From Neocallimastix sp. 'constans' (taxonomy: Eukaryota), in NCBI GenBank assembly GCA_050613775.1, contig JBODTK010000101.1, positions 372,001 to 436,000 on the forward strand: a stretch of DNA of 64,000 bases, read 5' to 3'. Positions within the stretch are counted from its first letter, which is position 1, and every line of letters begins with the position of its first letter. The notes below the pieces were generated by a model. That model did no database searches. It was not told where the DNA came from and worked only from the letters and a program-made list of their open reading frames with translations. The position numbers and the translations under genes are program-made. Positions 33,623-46,836 of the stretch are shown piece after piece.

Positions 33623-34649
33623 GCAATTTAATATGTAAAAATACTGACGTGGAATTAGAAGTCAATATTTTTTTTATATGAAATAAAAAATATAAAAAAA
33701 AATATCAGTAAAGATATAATTTTCAATAAAAATTATGTGTCAATAATATATTTTAAAATTGGAAAAATTCATTATTTATTATTCCAAGTTATTAAGAGAA
33801 TGTTAAATAAAGTAATATGAAAATATGAAAAATATTAAATATTAAGGATTGAGAAAGTATTAAAACAAGTTAAAAAAGTGGAAGTTATTTAAACTTTGCA
33901 ATAAATTTAATAATTTGTTTACATATCCCCTTTATTAAGATTTTAGAAAGTTTTAATAAATATTTCGATTTTATGAAAAATGAAAATGTTTAATTCACTA
34001 TTATCATTTTAATTGTTAAATTCTTATTCATTCCTCTTAAGTTGAAAATTTGAAATTGAATTTTATTCGTAATTGGTATAGTGGAAAAATATTATATAAC
34101 AATAGGAGTTAATAAATTTAATTCTTTAATTGTATTGTTGGTTTCTAGTTTTATATAGTAGTTATAAATAGGATTAATCATTTTTTATTTTATTTTATTG
34201 TTTTAATAAAGAGAATACTATAGTAATAAGTATTACAATTACTACTTTCTAAGATAGTTTAATAAAAAAATAGTTGTGGTAATTCTCAAGTAATTGATTA
34301 AAAGTTCAAGTAATTGATTAAAAGTAAATTTATTTTTTAAAGTTTTTTTTGAATAAAGTAAATATAAATTAATTAATTTTATTTATTGTTATATTTCGTT
34401 TTTACTTATGTTTTTAATTAAGAAATTTATAATAAATTTTTGTGTTTTTTTAAAAATTTTATTATCAAAATTTCGTATAATTTTTTATATTTAAGAATGC
34501 ACACTAATAATGAAATTATTACTCGCGATAAGTGTTGTTATTTTCGACGAATGGGGAAAGTTAGAAACTACTGTTTCTAACACACTTTTATAATTACATA
34601 ATATACAATATTTTATTTCATGTATTTTATTTGTTATTTTTCACAATCT

Positions 34650-35675
34650 CAATAACTAAATGTTATACCTATTTAGGTATGCCATTTGATAAAAGCTCAT
34701 CGTTGAACCCTTTTATTAAATTACTTAACTCTAAAGTTACTAAAGCTCTCTTTTCTGTTAGTAAATTTCTTTCAAATTCCAAAATTCCTATTCCATTTAA
34801 GAAGATTATAATTAACTCCTATGTACTTAGTAAAGTTTCTTACTTTGCACCTTTACTTGGTTCAAATAAAGCGAGAACAAATATTACTCAGAAATTAATT
34901 AATAAAGGATTAAGATGGGTTGCAGGTTTACAAAAAGCCAAATCTTTTATTAATGTATTGCTCTTGCATCTTTTAGATGGAATTCTTTAAATTTCATCGA
35001 TGATCTCTATGTTTTATTCCTTAGGAAGATTAGAGCGTTTAATCCTCTTTCTTCCTATGACTCTATTTCTGATTTTGAAGATTATATCAATCATTATATA
35101 TACTTGTTCCTTCTTGGTGGGACTTTAGTTTTAAATGAACTACATTTCGATAGTGGGGAACAGAGACATTTAAATGAACTACTTTTCAAAGGTTCATCTG
35201 AGTCACCTGTTCCAAAAATTGTGGGCTTGGCGGAATTCTTAACAAATGCAATACCTATCATAAGTAGTTCGTTTGAGCTATTATTTGATAGGTATTGCAA
35301 AATATCAAACTTAACCAAGAGCGTCGACGTCGTACTGATAAGGCATAATGAAAATACAGGATTATCATCTATTACTACGAAGGGTGATTCTCGCCCTAGT
35401 AGCTCAATAAATGATGAATCCGGGGAGAGTTTAGTGGACACCACACTATCTATTTTAAGGATGTTACTTCTAAATTTTATTTCTTTTTTATTTGATAGGA
35501 AGGGTAAAATTCCCGCATAGTACAACTTGCCGAAATACATAGTATTTTCGAGCTTTTTTATTTTTTATTTTTTATTTTTTAATTTTTTATTTTTAATTTC
35601 TAATGTACTTTTCACCTACATGTATTTTTTATAATAAAATTTAATAAAGTTTTTGGAAGTGTATTCTCTTCCCTG

Positions 35676-35714
<39 letters not shown>

Positions 35715-36959
35715 ATTAATGTATATTCTATTTCAAAAGATTTAAATATTCCTCCATTGGCAGCTAAGTGTGCTTTATCTTTTGATAAATGGAAAGATTC
35801 AAATTGTATTATTTCCTATTTAGTTAATAATATTTCAAAATCTAGAAAATATTACATGGACGAAAGAAAGTAGAACTCTTAAACGTAAACTAGAGAAAAG
35901 AGGTAATAACGGTAATAAAATTAAAGATTTTTATTGGAAAAGAGATATGAAAATCAATTCTATTAAAGCTGAAACATCAAATTTTATAAAACTTTGTTAT
36001 GAATATCCTGATCTTTCATATGGTTTCTATTGGCTATTGAGAGCACGAAGCGGATATAGATTAGATGCTAGAATTGCTAAAGCTTCAAAAAATAATAGAT
36101 CAAATGTATCCTAATTTTTGTCCCTGTTGTAAAAGTAATAAACAATGGATAAGTCATTGGTTCATTGATTGTCCATTTTTCAATCATATTCGTAGTAAAG
36201 TTAATGATAAAATTTTATTTTTATATAATGCTTTTAACCGTGGCAACCTAACAAATGATATTATTAATAGTAATTAATGATAATAGTAACAGTAATAATA
36301 GTAATAGTAATAATAGTTATAGCAATAATAGTAATAGTAATAATAGTTATAGTAATATTAGTAATGTTAGTAATAGTATTGAAAATAATGTGTATGTTGA
36401 TTCTAGTGTGTGTGAAAAAGTGTTTAATTTCCTTCTTGGAGGTCGAAGTATTAATAACAGTACAAGGGAATGGAAGGATCTATTTAAGTGCCAGATGAAA
36501 TCAGGTGCTTATTCTGATACTCCATTCTTGGTGGTTACTGCGGCACTTCTTCAATCGATTTTACCTATTGCTATTGGTCAGCAATGGTCTTTGTTCAGTA
36601 GGTTCAAATCGAATCGTACTACTACTATCAAGAGCGACAATGCTGAAGAAACAGTAAGACAGGCCAGCAGGGCTAGCGCAACCAATGAAGATCATAATTT
36701 TGTATCTTAAAATTATGATTAACGTTGTGAAGTCAAAATTAATTATTATACTTCAGTATAATAATGCCCTTGTGAAGTCTTACAGATATTAATTATATGA
36801 AACAAGAATATATTATACCATTATTTTATTTTATTATGTGTTTTTTTTTTTTTTTTTGTTTATTTTTTATCTTTTTTCTTTTCTTTTTATTACATGTATT
36901 TTATCATATATTTAATTAATAAAGATGAAGCAAGTTTGATGCCGTTAAAAAAAAAAAAA
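34650..36959 (+). mobile_element. 5'-truncated LINE (end of RT, CCHC knuckle, 3' UTR, A tail), interrupted by a nested LINE
   Basis: YTYLG motif at ~34664. The frame resumes after the insert (FINVYSISKDLNIPPL), followed by CPCC..HWFIDC and FNFLLGG. Ends GATGCCGTT(A)n. Confidence 0.85.
34959..35711 (+). mobile_element. Nested 5'-truncated LINE of a different subfamily with poly(A) and 13-bp TSD
   Basis: TTTATTAATGTAT repeated at 34946-34958 and 35712-35724; poly(A) 35678-35711. The ORF end LFLLGG..LAEFLTNAIPI resembles the host ORF2 C-terminus FLLGG..AALLQSILPI. Confidence 0.85.
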
Positions 36960-37029
36960 CCTCGAATAAAAGTAAATTAAGCTTTTTTTTTTGGTATTCT
37001 TTTTGTTTGATCCTAGTAAAGAAGCATAG

Positions 37030-37448
37030 TAAAGACACTAAACTTAAGGGCAAAGGAAACTAGAATATATACGAGTTTTAAAGTGGAAAGGTATGTTCTT
37101 ATTGGTTAAAAATCTACAGAAAGAGTTAACTATGTAATTTATTTTACTGTTCATTTTACTAATAATAGATTTGTAAATTCTTTTGAAAGTTTATCATTAA
37201 AGTGTTCACGAGGCTTTCGAAGTAAGGTATAGATTAGTAATGAACTGAAGGTTCTTACCACAAATACCAATATTATTAAGTTTTTGTTAAGTATATAATA
37301 TAAATTGGAACTGAATCATAATCTTTTTTTTTTTTTTTTTTTGAGGTCTAGAAAAAAGCAAAGAAGATAAAAATTATTACTCATTAAATTTTTTTTTTTT
37401 GGTAAATTTCCCAAATGGAGACAAATAAACTAATACATCCTTCTTTAT

Positions 37449-37508
<60 letters not shown>

Positions 37509-37960
37509 TTTTAGCCTAATAATTCCAGGGAGAAAAAAGTATAATTCTCAATTCTTTTTTATTGACAATTTTTTTGACAAAAATCATTAATCCTACTTTG
37601 ATGAATGAAATTACTATGGTAATTATTACAATCCGAAAAAATCCCCCTTTCTTAGGAATGAAAACTGTAGAAGCAAAATTCTATTCACCAGAAAAAGTCA
37701 TCATTCTAAAATTTTTATTAAAAAATAAAAATGGACATTTTTGTACAATTGGGAATAGGTCATTTTTTGATTAGGATTCATTCTGAGAAAAAAAAAAAGT
37801 ATTACTCTCAGAAATGAAAGATGTCTTAAAAAAAAAAAAAAAAATTCTGTTGGTATACCATCAGAACCAGGTAATATAAAAGTTAAAATATTGGGTATTC
37901 GATAAGGGATTAGCATACAGAAGACTTTCAAAGATTAGGACTAGTGAGTTCAAAAATAAT
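37030..37960 (-). mobile_element. Highly decayed LINE RT relic
   Basis: Minus-strand PGSDGIPTEFF and GICGKNLQFITNLYLTSKA match the RT segments of the element at 5200-5770. Broken by stops and homopolymer runs. Confidence 0.7.
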
Positions 37961-38240
37961 ACCGTTGTCTCTACATATCAAAAAAAAAAAAAAAAAAAAA
38001 AAACTAAGCTATATTTATAAAAATGAAATATATATATAAATTAAATTAAATTAAATTAGTGAATGATGTAAAAAAAATTTAAAAAGAAAAAAAGAAAAAA
38101 AAATAAGTTGTCGTTTTTGTATTTTCTTCTTTCAATAAGTTATTTATATATATGTAATTATATTTTTATTTCACGCTTAATATAAAAATGATATATTCAA
38201 GAAAATTAAAAAAATTAAAAATAAAAATGAATAAAATTTA

Positions 38241-38274
<34 letters not shown>

Positions 38275-38280
38275 TTATCT

Positions 38281-38311
<31 letters not shown>

Positions 38312-38584
38312 TTTTTTATTATTATTTGCTCTATTCATATATATTTAAAATCACTATAATATATATATATATATTTATACAAGTTTTTTTTTTTTTTTTT
38401 TGTATAATTTTTATATAATAATAATAATAAATTTTTTTATATATGTATTATTTGTAATTTTAAATGTACTTTTATAAACATAAAAAGTTAATATTATTAT
38501 AATATTAACTCTTTTTTTTTTTTTTTAGTTGTTTGTTTAATTTTAAAAATATTTAATGCTCTATTTTTCTTTTATTATTTCTAG

Positions 38585-38625
<41 letters not shown>

Positions 38626-39037
38626 CTTTTTAATATAATTAAAAAAATAATATTCTAGATCAATAAAAGAAAAAAAAAAAAAGATATACATACATTATAA
38701 ACTAAATTCTATCTAAAAATTTAAATAATTTATTTAAATATATAAATTATTACGAATTGATTTAAATTTTAAATTTAATTTTTTTCTTGTTTTTTTTTTT
38801 TTTTTTTTTTTTTTTTTATTTTTATTTTTATTTTTATTTTTATTTGTTAAATACTTTTTTCTCTTTCGTTTTTTTTTTTTTTTTTTTTATTAACATTTAA
38901 AAAAAAAAATTTTTTTTTTCTATATCTTATTTTTTATTTTATTTTATTTAATTTATTTTTATTTTTTATTTTATTTTATTTAATTTATTTATTTTTTTTT
39001 TTTTTAATTTCATTATATATATATATTTATTAATTAA

Positions 39038-42000
39038 TTATTGATAATTCATATTTGAAGCTTCTTTCTCCTTAGAGGACATTTTTTGTGAACTTGAACC
39101 TTCTGGTTTTTTCTGTTTTATTTTTCTACCAATAGAAGGATGTTCATCCACATAAGCCTTAGATATATTACGTGGATAAACTTCTGGAGCGTTATCACGT
39201 TTTTGTATTTGATGTTTATATGATGTATTTCTTGGATATAATTCTGGATTTTCATCATCACTTTTACTATTAAGAACAGGAGAAGCAAAACTTTTACTAG
39301 TATTAGCCATAAAATTATTATTTACCTGAGGTGGTAATGGGAATCCATCCACCATTTCTGAACTATTTGAACTAGAAGCAAAATTATTATTAACAGCTTC
39401 AGAATAAGATGGTAAAGTATTATCTCTATCATCTTGTTTCATTAAAGAAGCCTGTAAAAGACGTTCTCTTTCATATTCTATTTCTTTAAGTTTTGATTTC
39501 TGTATAATTTGTTGTTTTTCACGTTGTATTCTTAGTTGTTGTTGCTCTATTTGTTGTTGTTGAATTTGTTGTTGAAGTTGTTGCTTTTGTTCAAGAATTT
39601 GACGTTCCTTTTCTTGTTGTATTTGTTGTAATTGTTGTAATTGTTTTTGAATTTCTTGTTGTTGTAATTGTTGTTGTATTTGTTGCTGCTTTAATTGTTC
39701 TTGTAATTTTTGTTGTTCAATTTGTTGTTTTTGTAATTGTTCTCTCTGTTTTTGAATTAATAATTGTTGTTGATAGATTTCATCCTTTCTTTTATCTATT
39801 GAATTATCATTATCATCAGTCACAATCATATTTTGAGTTGAATTTTCTATTGGTTGTTTTTGTTTTAAATTAGTATGATCAACGTTACTATCATTGCTAT
39901 TGTTATTGGTATTGTTATTATTATAATTATTAGTATTATTAGTATTATTGCTATTAATATTAACATTAATATTATCAGAGCTTATATTTTGAGAAGTCAT
40001 AGATTCATCAATAGATTTACTTTGACTATCTGATTCTGGTGAACCTAATAATGCTTTAGCATCTTCATGTTTACTCTCTTTTTGACTATTAGTACTAATA
40101 AATAATAATTTATTTTGTATAGAAGTTTTTGGTTTTGTGGTTGTAATAGTTGGTACTTCAATTTCATTAGAAATATTTGAAAGTTGTGATCCACGCTTTT
40201 TATTACTATTACTAATTAATGGACTCTTTCCTGGTTCAATTATATTTGAATTTCTTTTACGATGAACAGATGAGCGTAATGAGGAACTACGATTTAAGTT
40301 TGGAATAACTGGTAACGCTTTTGGAGGTACTAAAGATACACTTAATGGTTGTTGAATAGAAAATTGGGCACCGCTTTTTCTAGCATCTTTATTATTTTCT
40401 GGGGTTACTATAATATTTGGACTAGTATTATTGTTAGTGACATCACTAACATCAATAGTTACTTCATATTGAGTATTATTCTTTTCCCCATTAGTTCCAT
40501 TAACAGGTGTATTTGTATCAGAACTTTTATTAGTATTCTTACCAGTATCATTAAGAAGTTTAGTAATAACAGAAATAGGCAAAATACTACTTGGGAACAT
40601 ACCTTCATTATTATTACTTAAGGTTCCATAATGATCTAAATTCATACCATAACACCATAAATCATCATAAAGTTCGAATACCTTAATTCTATTACCTTCA
40701 TAAACTTCCAGTTCATCTTCTCTATATGGAATATAATCTTTTCTTGCAACCCATTCTTTATCGGTTAAACCATGTTCTCTAGCAAACTTTTCAGCTTCAC
40801 TAATTAAACTATCCCCATTATTAATTAATTGTTCAGTTTCTGAACCCATAGACTTTTGGGTATTATTCTTCGATAAAGTGTTAAAACCTTTATTCTTGGA
40901 CATTGTATTCTTCCAAGCATCACTATACATACTAATTGGAGGTACCATATCCTCATGAATAGTAAAACGTTTAATAGAACGTTTTCCATTTGGAATTTCA
41001 TTTTTACGACTAAAAAATTTAAAAGCAATTAAAACAACGACAAGAACAGCAAGAATTCCACCACCAACAATATAGTATATATGATCCTTATAATTTTCCA
41101 TAAATTCATTAAATTTAGATTGTACAGCTGTTTCTCTTGTATTTTCACTAATATTATTGATTTGAGAATCAGAAGATATAGGAGTTAATGATTCAGAAGT
41201 ATTAACTGTCAATGTTTTTTTCGTACTAGAATTTAAGTGTGATTCTGTACTTGCTTCAGTGTTTCCTGAATCACTGTTTGAACTTGAACTAGTAGTTTCA
41301 TTATCATTTGTATCATTTGAAGGTTTTTCTTCCTCATTCACACCTTCTCCTTCTCCTTCACCATCACCTTCTCCTTCAACCTCACGTTTATTTATTTTAT
41401 TAGAAGTATTAACAATTAAAATATTATTACTACGTTCAATTAATTTGTCATCATCATTCCAGATAATAAAATAACCAATATCATTTTTCTTCAAATATTT
41501 AATAGATAATTAAAATATTTATAACATTGATAATAATAATTAAAAAAAAAAAATAAATAAAATAAATATTTTGAAAATTATCCCAATATTTTTAATTTTT
41601 TAAATATATATAATAATAAAATATCATATTAATTTAATATTATTTATTATTATTAATTATATCATACAAGTTCTTTAGGAATTTCCCAAGTATAATCTGA
41701 AGTTTTTTCAAAAATACTATTTAAAATGTTGAAATTCTTTCTATTGTTATCAAAATTTTTAATTGAATAATAAGAAAGTGTGGCATTATTAACTTTATCG
41801 TTTAAATCCCAAGAAATTGTTACTTTTTCACCTATGTAAAAAAAAAAAAAAAAAAAAAAACTTTAAACTTTAATATCACCTTCAATTTTATATAAATTAA
41901 ACATAATTTTTACAACAAAAAAAAAATAATAATAATAAATACCAATTTCGATTTTTCCATAATTAGGTTTCACTTTTATAGAACCTACAAATATAAAAAA

Positions 42001-42117
42001 TTTGGATTAATTAAAAAATATATTTATATTATAAAAACTTTTAATTAAATAATACTTACCATATGAAAAATTCAAAAATAAGATTGTCAAAACAAATAAC
42101 AAAAAATTTTTAAACAT
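39038..42117 (-). CDS. Single-pass membrane protein with signal peptide, small ectodomain, Ser/Thr stalk, cytoplasmic SH3 domain and Gln-rich coiled coil; 4 exons
   Basis: MFKKFLLFVLTILFLNFSY signal; ectodomain GEKVTISWDL; TM IVGGGILAVLVVVLIAF; SH3 VARKDYIPYREDELEVYEGNRIKVFELYDDLWCYG..GMFPSSIL; LPSY motif near the C-terminus. Confidence 0.85.
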
Positions 42118-45100
42118 ATTGATTATTACTTTTTTTAATTTAGAACTGATATTTCGTAAATAAATTCTATTTAAAATTAAAAAAATAATAATAATTATAA
42201 TAAAATATAAATCTCTATAAAAAAAAAAAAAGTAAAATTAACTTTTTCTTTATATTTTAATTAAGCTTAAGTTAAAATCTAATATTTGAAATATATATAT
42301 TATACTTTTAATTAATAAATTTATATAATATATATATATAGTCAAATATTAAATAGATTTAATAAATCAAATTGCTTAAATTAAATATTAAAATTTATAA
42401 TTTTTTATAAAACTTTATTAAACTTTTTCACTTTTAAACTTTAATTAATTTATATTTATACATAAAAATATAAATATATATATATTCAATGTTTATTAAT
42501 TTACTTTTGTTTTAGTTTCTATCTTTTTACTATAAGTCAAAATTGTTTTGTTTATAGTATTTCTCATTAATTTTAAATATGCTATTTTTCCAAATAAACA
42601 AATTATTTAATTAATATATATATATATTTTTTTTTCTTTTTTTGATTTCTATGTACTTAATTTTTCTTCTTTTTTTTTTTTTTTTTTTAAGTATATTTGA
42701 TTTTATTGTGATTTTTTTATATTTTTTATATCATTTACTTAAATTATAATTTTTGATTATTCTTTAATATTATCTAATGAAATATTATCATTAATTTTGT
42801 ATTTATTTTATTCACTAAAGCAATTGCTTAATAAATAATTAATTAATAAATATCTTTTTCCCTTCTTTTCTTTTATTGTTAATAAATTTTAGATTATTTT
42901 ATTTTTAAATAAAATAAAATAAAATAAAAGATAAAAAAAAGATAAAAAAATAAAAAAATAAAACTAATTTTGTATTAGTATCAAAAATTAAATAAATAAA
43001 AACTAATTATAATAGATTATTATATATGAAACAATTATAAATAAATATAATTGAATATATATAATACTGTTTATACATCAATAAATTGATTTCTTTTTTA
43101 TTTATTTATTTATTTTTATTTATGTTATTTTTTTTATATACATTAATTTTTATATTTAATAAATGCTTATCATTTATTAGTATTCAAACTTTATTTTATA
43201 TAAGTTAAGTACCCTCCAATACAATTATTTTTAAAATTTTAAACCAATATATATTAAGTATTGTTAATAAATTGTTTTAACTTTTCATATATTTACATTA
43301 TTATTAGTAAGTATAAGTAAATATAATACTTTAAAAAAAAAAACCTTTTTTTTTTATTTTTTTAGATTAACTATATGTAATATTAAAATAGTATTAAAAT
43401 ATATTATTTGTTATATAATAATAAATAAAAATATTAAAATTTAATATAAATATATTATATTGTTTATTTTACAAATGGAAATACATTCTCTAAATGTATA
43501 AAATTAACTTTGTTGAAAAAGGAAAATTATATATTATAAATATTTGAAAATTTCATAATTAATAGAATTTGTTATAAAGAACAGATTTTAATTTATTATT
43601 ACATATTCATCATTAAGTTATGTTACACGAATAAATTAACTATCTATTTATTACATTAAATTAAACTTTTTCTTTTTAGTATTATATTTATATATATTTT
43701 TATCCTTTTAATATGAAATGTTTTTATAATTTAAAACAATTTAATTATAAATAAAATTTTACAATTGTTTATTAAAATATGTATAGAATAATATATATGA
43801 AAATTTTTAAAATTAAATATATTAATATTGATTGAAATAAATATTATATAATGTTATATAATATGAATTACTGTATTTAGGGCAAGTTTGTATATGAAGT
43901 AGTATATGAATTAAATAATAAATAAATAAATAGGATTAATATTATAAAATAATACTAATAATTCTATTATTATAAAATTTATTAATAATAATAGGAATAT
44001 AAATAGAATTATCAAAAATAATGATTAAAATAATAATACAATTTCTGTTTAATTTATATAATATTTTTATTTTATATATAAATCGAATTTTGGTTAGATT
44101 TTTATATTCTAAAATTTAATCCTTTGGGTTAATATAATATAAAATTACACAAATGAAAGTAAAAGAATTATATAAAATATAAAATCAATATAAATAAAGC
44201 TAAAAATATCCTGTAATATCTATCAAAAAGTAATAAAAACAATTTATGGTTTTTACATAATAATTAACAGTTTTCAATATATATTTGTGCATAATTAATT
44301 ATAATGAATTTGTTACCTTCAAATAACATTAATATTAATTTCAGTACATAAAAAAAATTGACATATATATATTATTATATAAAAATATTAAGTATAAATA
44401 AAATATATATATATTTTATACTATTTAATTATTTTACTGTAGTTCTATATATTTATATATTTATTATATATTTGGATTTAATCTTTTTATTTATTTATTT
44501 ATTTATTTATTATTTATTATTTATTATTTATTTATTTTTTATCTCCAGTTTTTAATTTCTTTTTTTTTTATTTTATTTGCTTGCATACTATAAAAAAAAT
44601 GTTTTATTTGTGTAACATTGAATATTATAATTAAAGTTTAATATATATATGAAATTTTAACATATTAAAAAAAATACTTTTAATTAATAATAATATTAAA
44701 AAGCAATTTAAATTTTATAAATTTTATAAATATTAAAATTCTACACGTTTATTAATACTTAAAAATTAATTTTTTTTTAATTATTTTTATAGTTTATTTT
44801 TAAATTTAAAAAAAAAAAATTATTACCATTATATCTTATTTTCCATTATTTCATATTTTAATTTTATACCTATTACTATTTTTTTAAAAAAAAAATATAT
44901 ATATATATATATAAATTAAATAAATATACTTTTAATTATTTTTTATTTTATTTTATTCAATCGGTACGTTATTTCTATTTAATTTCTATTTATACTCTAC
45001 TATTTATTATATTCTATTTTATTCAATCTTTACTTTCTTACTTTATATTCTACTATTATTTGATTATTATATAATTTTTTATATACATAATTTTTTTTTT

Positions 45101-45902
45101 AAATCTTTAAATAGATGTTAATTTTTTATTTTAAATATATCATTTATTTTTAATTAATTTTAAAAGTTGAAGATTAAAAAAATTAAAAATTTTTATTATT
45201 TTAAAAATTTTAAAATCTAAAAAGCTTTTTAAATATTAAATATATAATTAAAATAAAAATCATAATTTAAAAAAAAATAATATTAATGATAATAAATAAA
45301 AAAAAAACATTATATACAAAAAAAAAAAAAAAAGGAATGAGTCCAATTTCAATATATATTAACATTTATAAAAAATTATTTATACATATATATAAATTAT
45401 CAATTTTTAATTGATTTATGAATTTAATTAAATATGTTATTTTCAAATGTAATATATAATAAAAAATGAACATTAAGAAAAATTAAAATAAAAATTAAAT
45501 ATAAATATATATTTCCTTTTCTTTTTATTTTCTAAATAAAATAAATTTAAATTAAAATATAATAATAATAATTGTAATAAAATAGGAAATGAAAGTAATT
45601 TATATTTTTCAAGAATAATTAATAAAATGAGTTTCATTTTCCGTTCATTGTTAATTCTTTTTTTTTAAAAAAAAAAAACTTTAAAAAAAAAAATTATTTA
45701 TATTTCAAAATGAATAATAAATAATGTAATAAATCATAATTTATATAATAAAAAAAATAATTTAATGTAAATAATTGTTTATAAAAACAATCAAGAGAAT
45801 AATAAGAAATGATGAAACAATTTATTCTTTTCTATGAAAAATATTAAATAAATATGAATCACAAAAATTAAGACACAATAATTAAAATATTTATTCATTA
45901 AA

Positions 45903-46836
45903 TTTATAGAACTCCGTGAGATCGGGTCAATAGTCCGGAGTTCAATTCCACCTTACTACCCATTATAATCCATTTGACAGCCTAACCCTGAATCGAACAA
46001 GTCATCGTCTACACTATGATCGTGCTTCTCAGTTGTACGTATACATTGCCTGAAGCGGGGTGATTCCTGCGTATTGTAAATCCTCATTAGTTAATGTATT
46101 TGCGTGTTCATCACGTGTTAGGATAGATTTCCTAATTTGGAGAAAGGTAATATAGTAAATAAATAATAATGTTATAGTGTATGTGGTTGTGGCTTGCTAT
46201 ATCCAACATATCCAAATCTTGTGGTTCTGTAATCCGTGACTGAGAGCGTCGACGCCGAAATGGTATGGCATGGGAGCACTTTGTTGTATCCTGATGCACC
46301 CGCTATAAAGTTTGTCTGTTGTGGCTGGGATGAAAGGATCAAGACTTACGATAGTCTAAAAAAAAAAAATAAAAAAAAAAAAAAAAAAAAAAAACATAGA
46401 CTTGCACATATGGGTACCCATCTCCCATATGGCCATACAGTTATTAATTAACTGTAAGGTGATGAGTTATTGGCATACTGTATCAGCTTCGCCGCTCTCA
46501 ATCGTCGTTACACACTGCCCGGAGATGCATTCCTAACGTTCCTACATATATCTCTAATGACCACGAGCATCAGAACGGAACCATTAACTCCTCCCTAGTG
46601 GGTGTAATCATTGGCGATTGGAAATTTTACAATCATCAAGGTCTATGCTTCAATTCAAAGCGTAGTATCAGGGATGGGTGAAATAATCATTTGAGGGAAA
46701 GCCTTATGGACATCACGTGTGGTCTCATGATATCCCAGGATAGAAACCTCATCCGATTATTTGGTGCCATGCCGAGGATTCGAACCCCGCCCTCTACAGT
46801 GACCTGTATCGTCCTAACCGACTGGACCAACATGGC
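45903..46836 (-). mobile_element. GC-rich tRNA-headed SINE-like or Pol III structured element (~930 bp)
   Basis: Sharp GC-rich island in AT desert, tRNA-like head, several hairpins, and TATTCATTAAA repeated on both flanks (45892-45902, 46852-46862). Confidence 0.6.
46762..46836 (-). tRNA. tRNA-like module (pseudo-tRNA) with encoded CCA and aberrant anticodon arm
   Basis: Acceptor GCCATGT/GCATGGC + A + CCA; D-arm GTCC/GGAC; T-arm CGGGG-TTCGAAT-CCTCG; A box TGGTCCAGTCGG and B box GGTTCGAATCC. The anticodon arm TACAG-GTCA-CTGTA has no 7-nt loop. Confidence 0.75.

Noticed and set aside
45981..45989. CCTAACCCT, a possible telomerase RNA template for TTAGGG repeats in the GC-rich island
   Set aside because: Only 9 nt, on the strand opposite the Pol III head, with no recognisable U-rich pseudoknot downstream; the flanking direct repeat favours a mobile element.
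46240..46275. Hammerhead-like CTGAGA-GCGTCGACGC-CGAAA
   Set aside because: The core lacks a nucleotide of CUGANGA, and I could not form stems I and III with a valid NUH cleavage triplet.
46236..46451. 71-aa ORF inside the GC-rich island
   Set aside because: GTG start, reads through a poly(A) tract, and has no recognisable motif.
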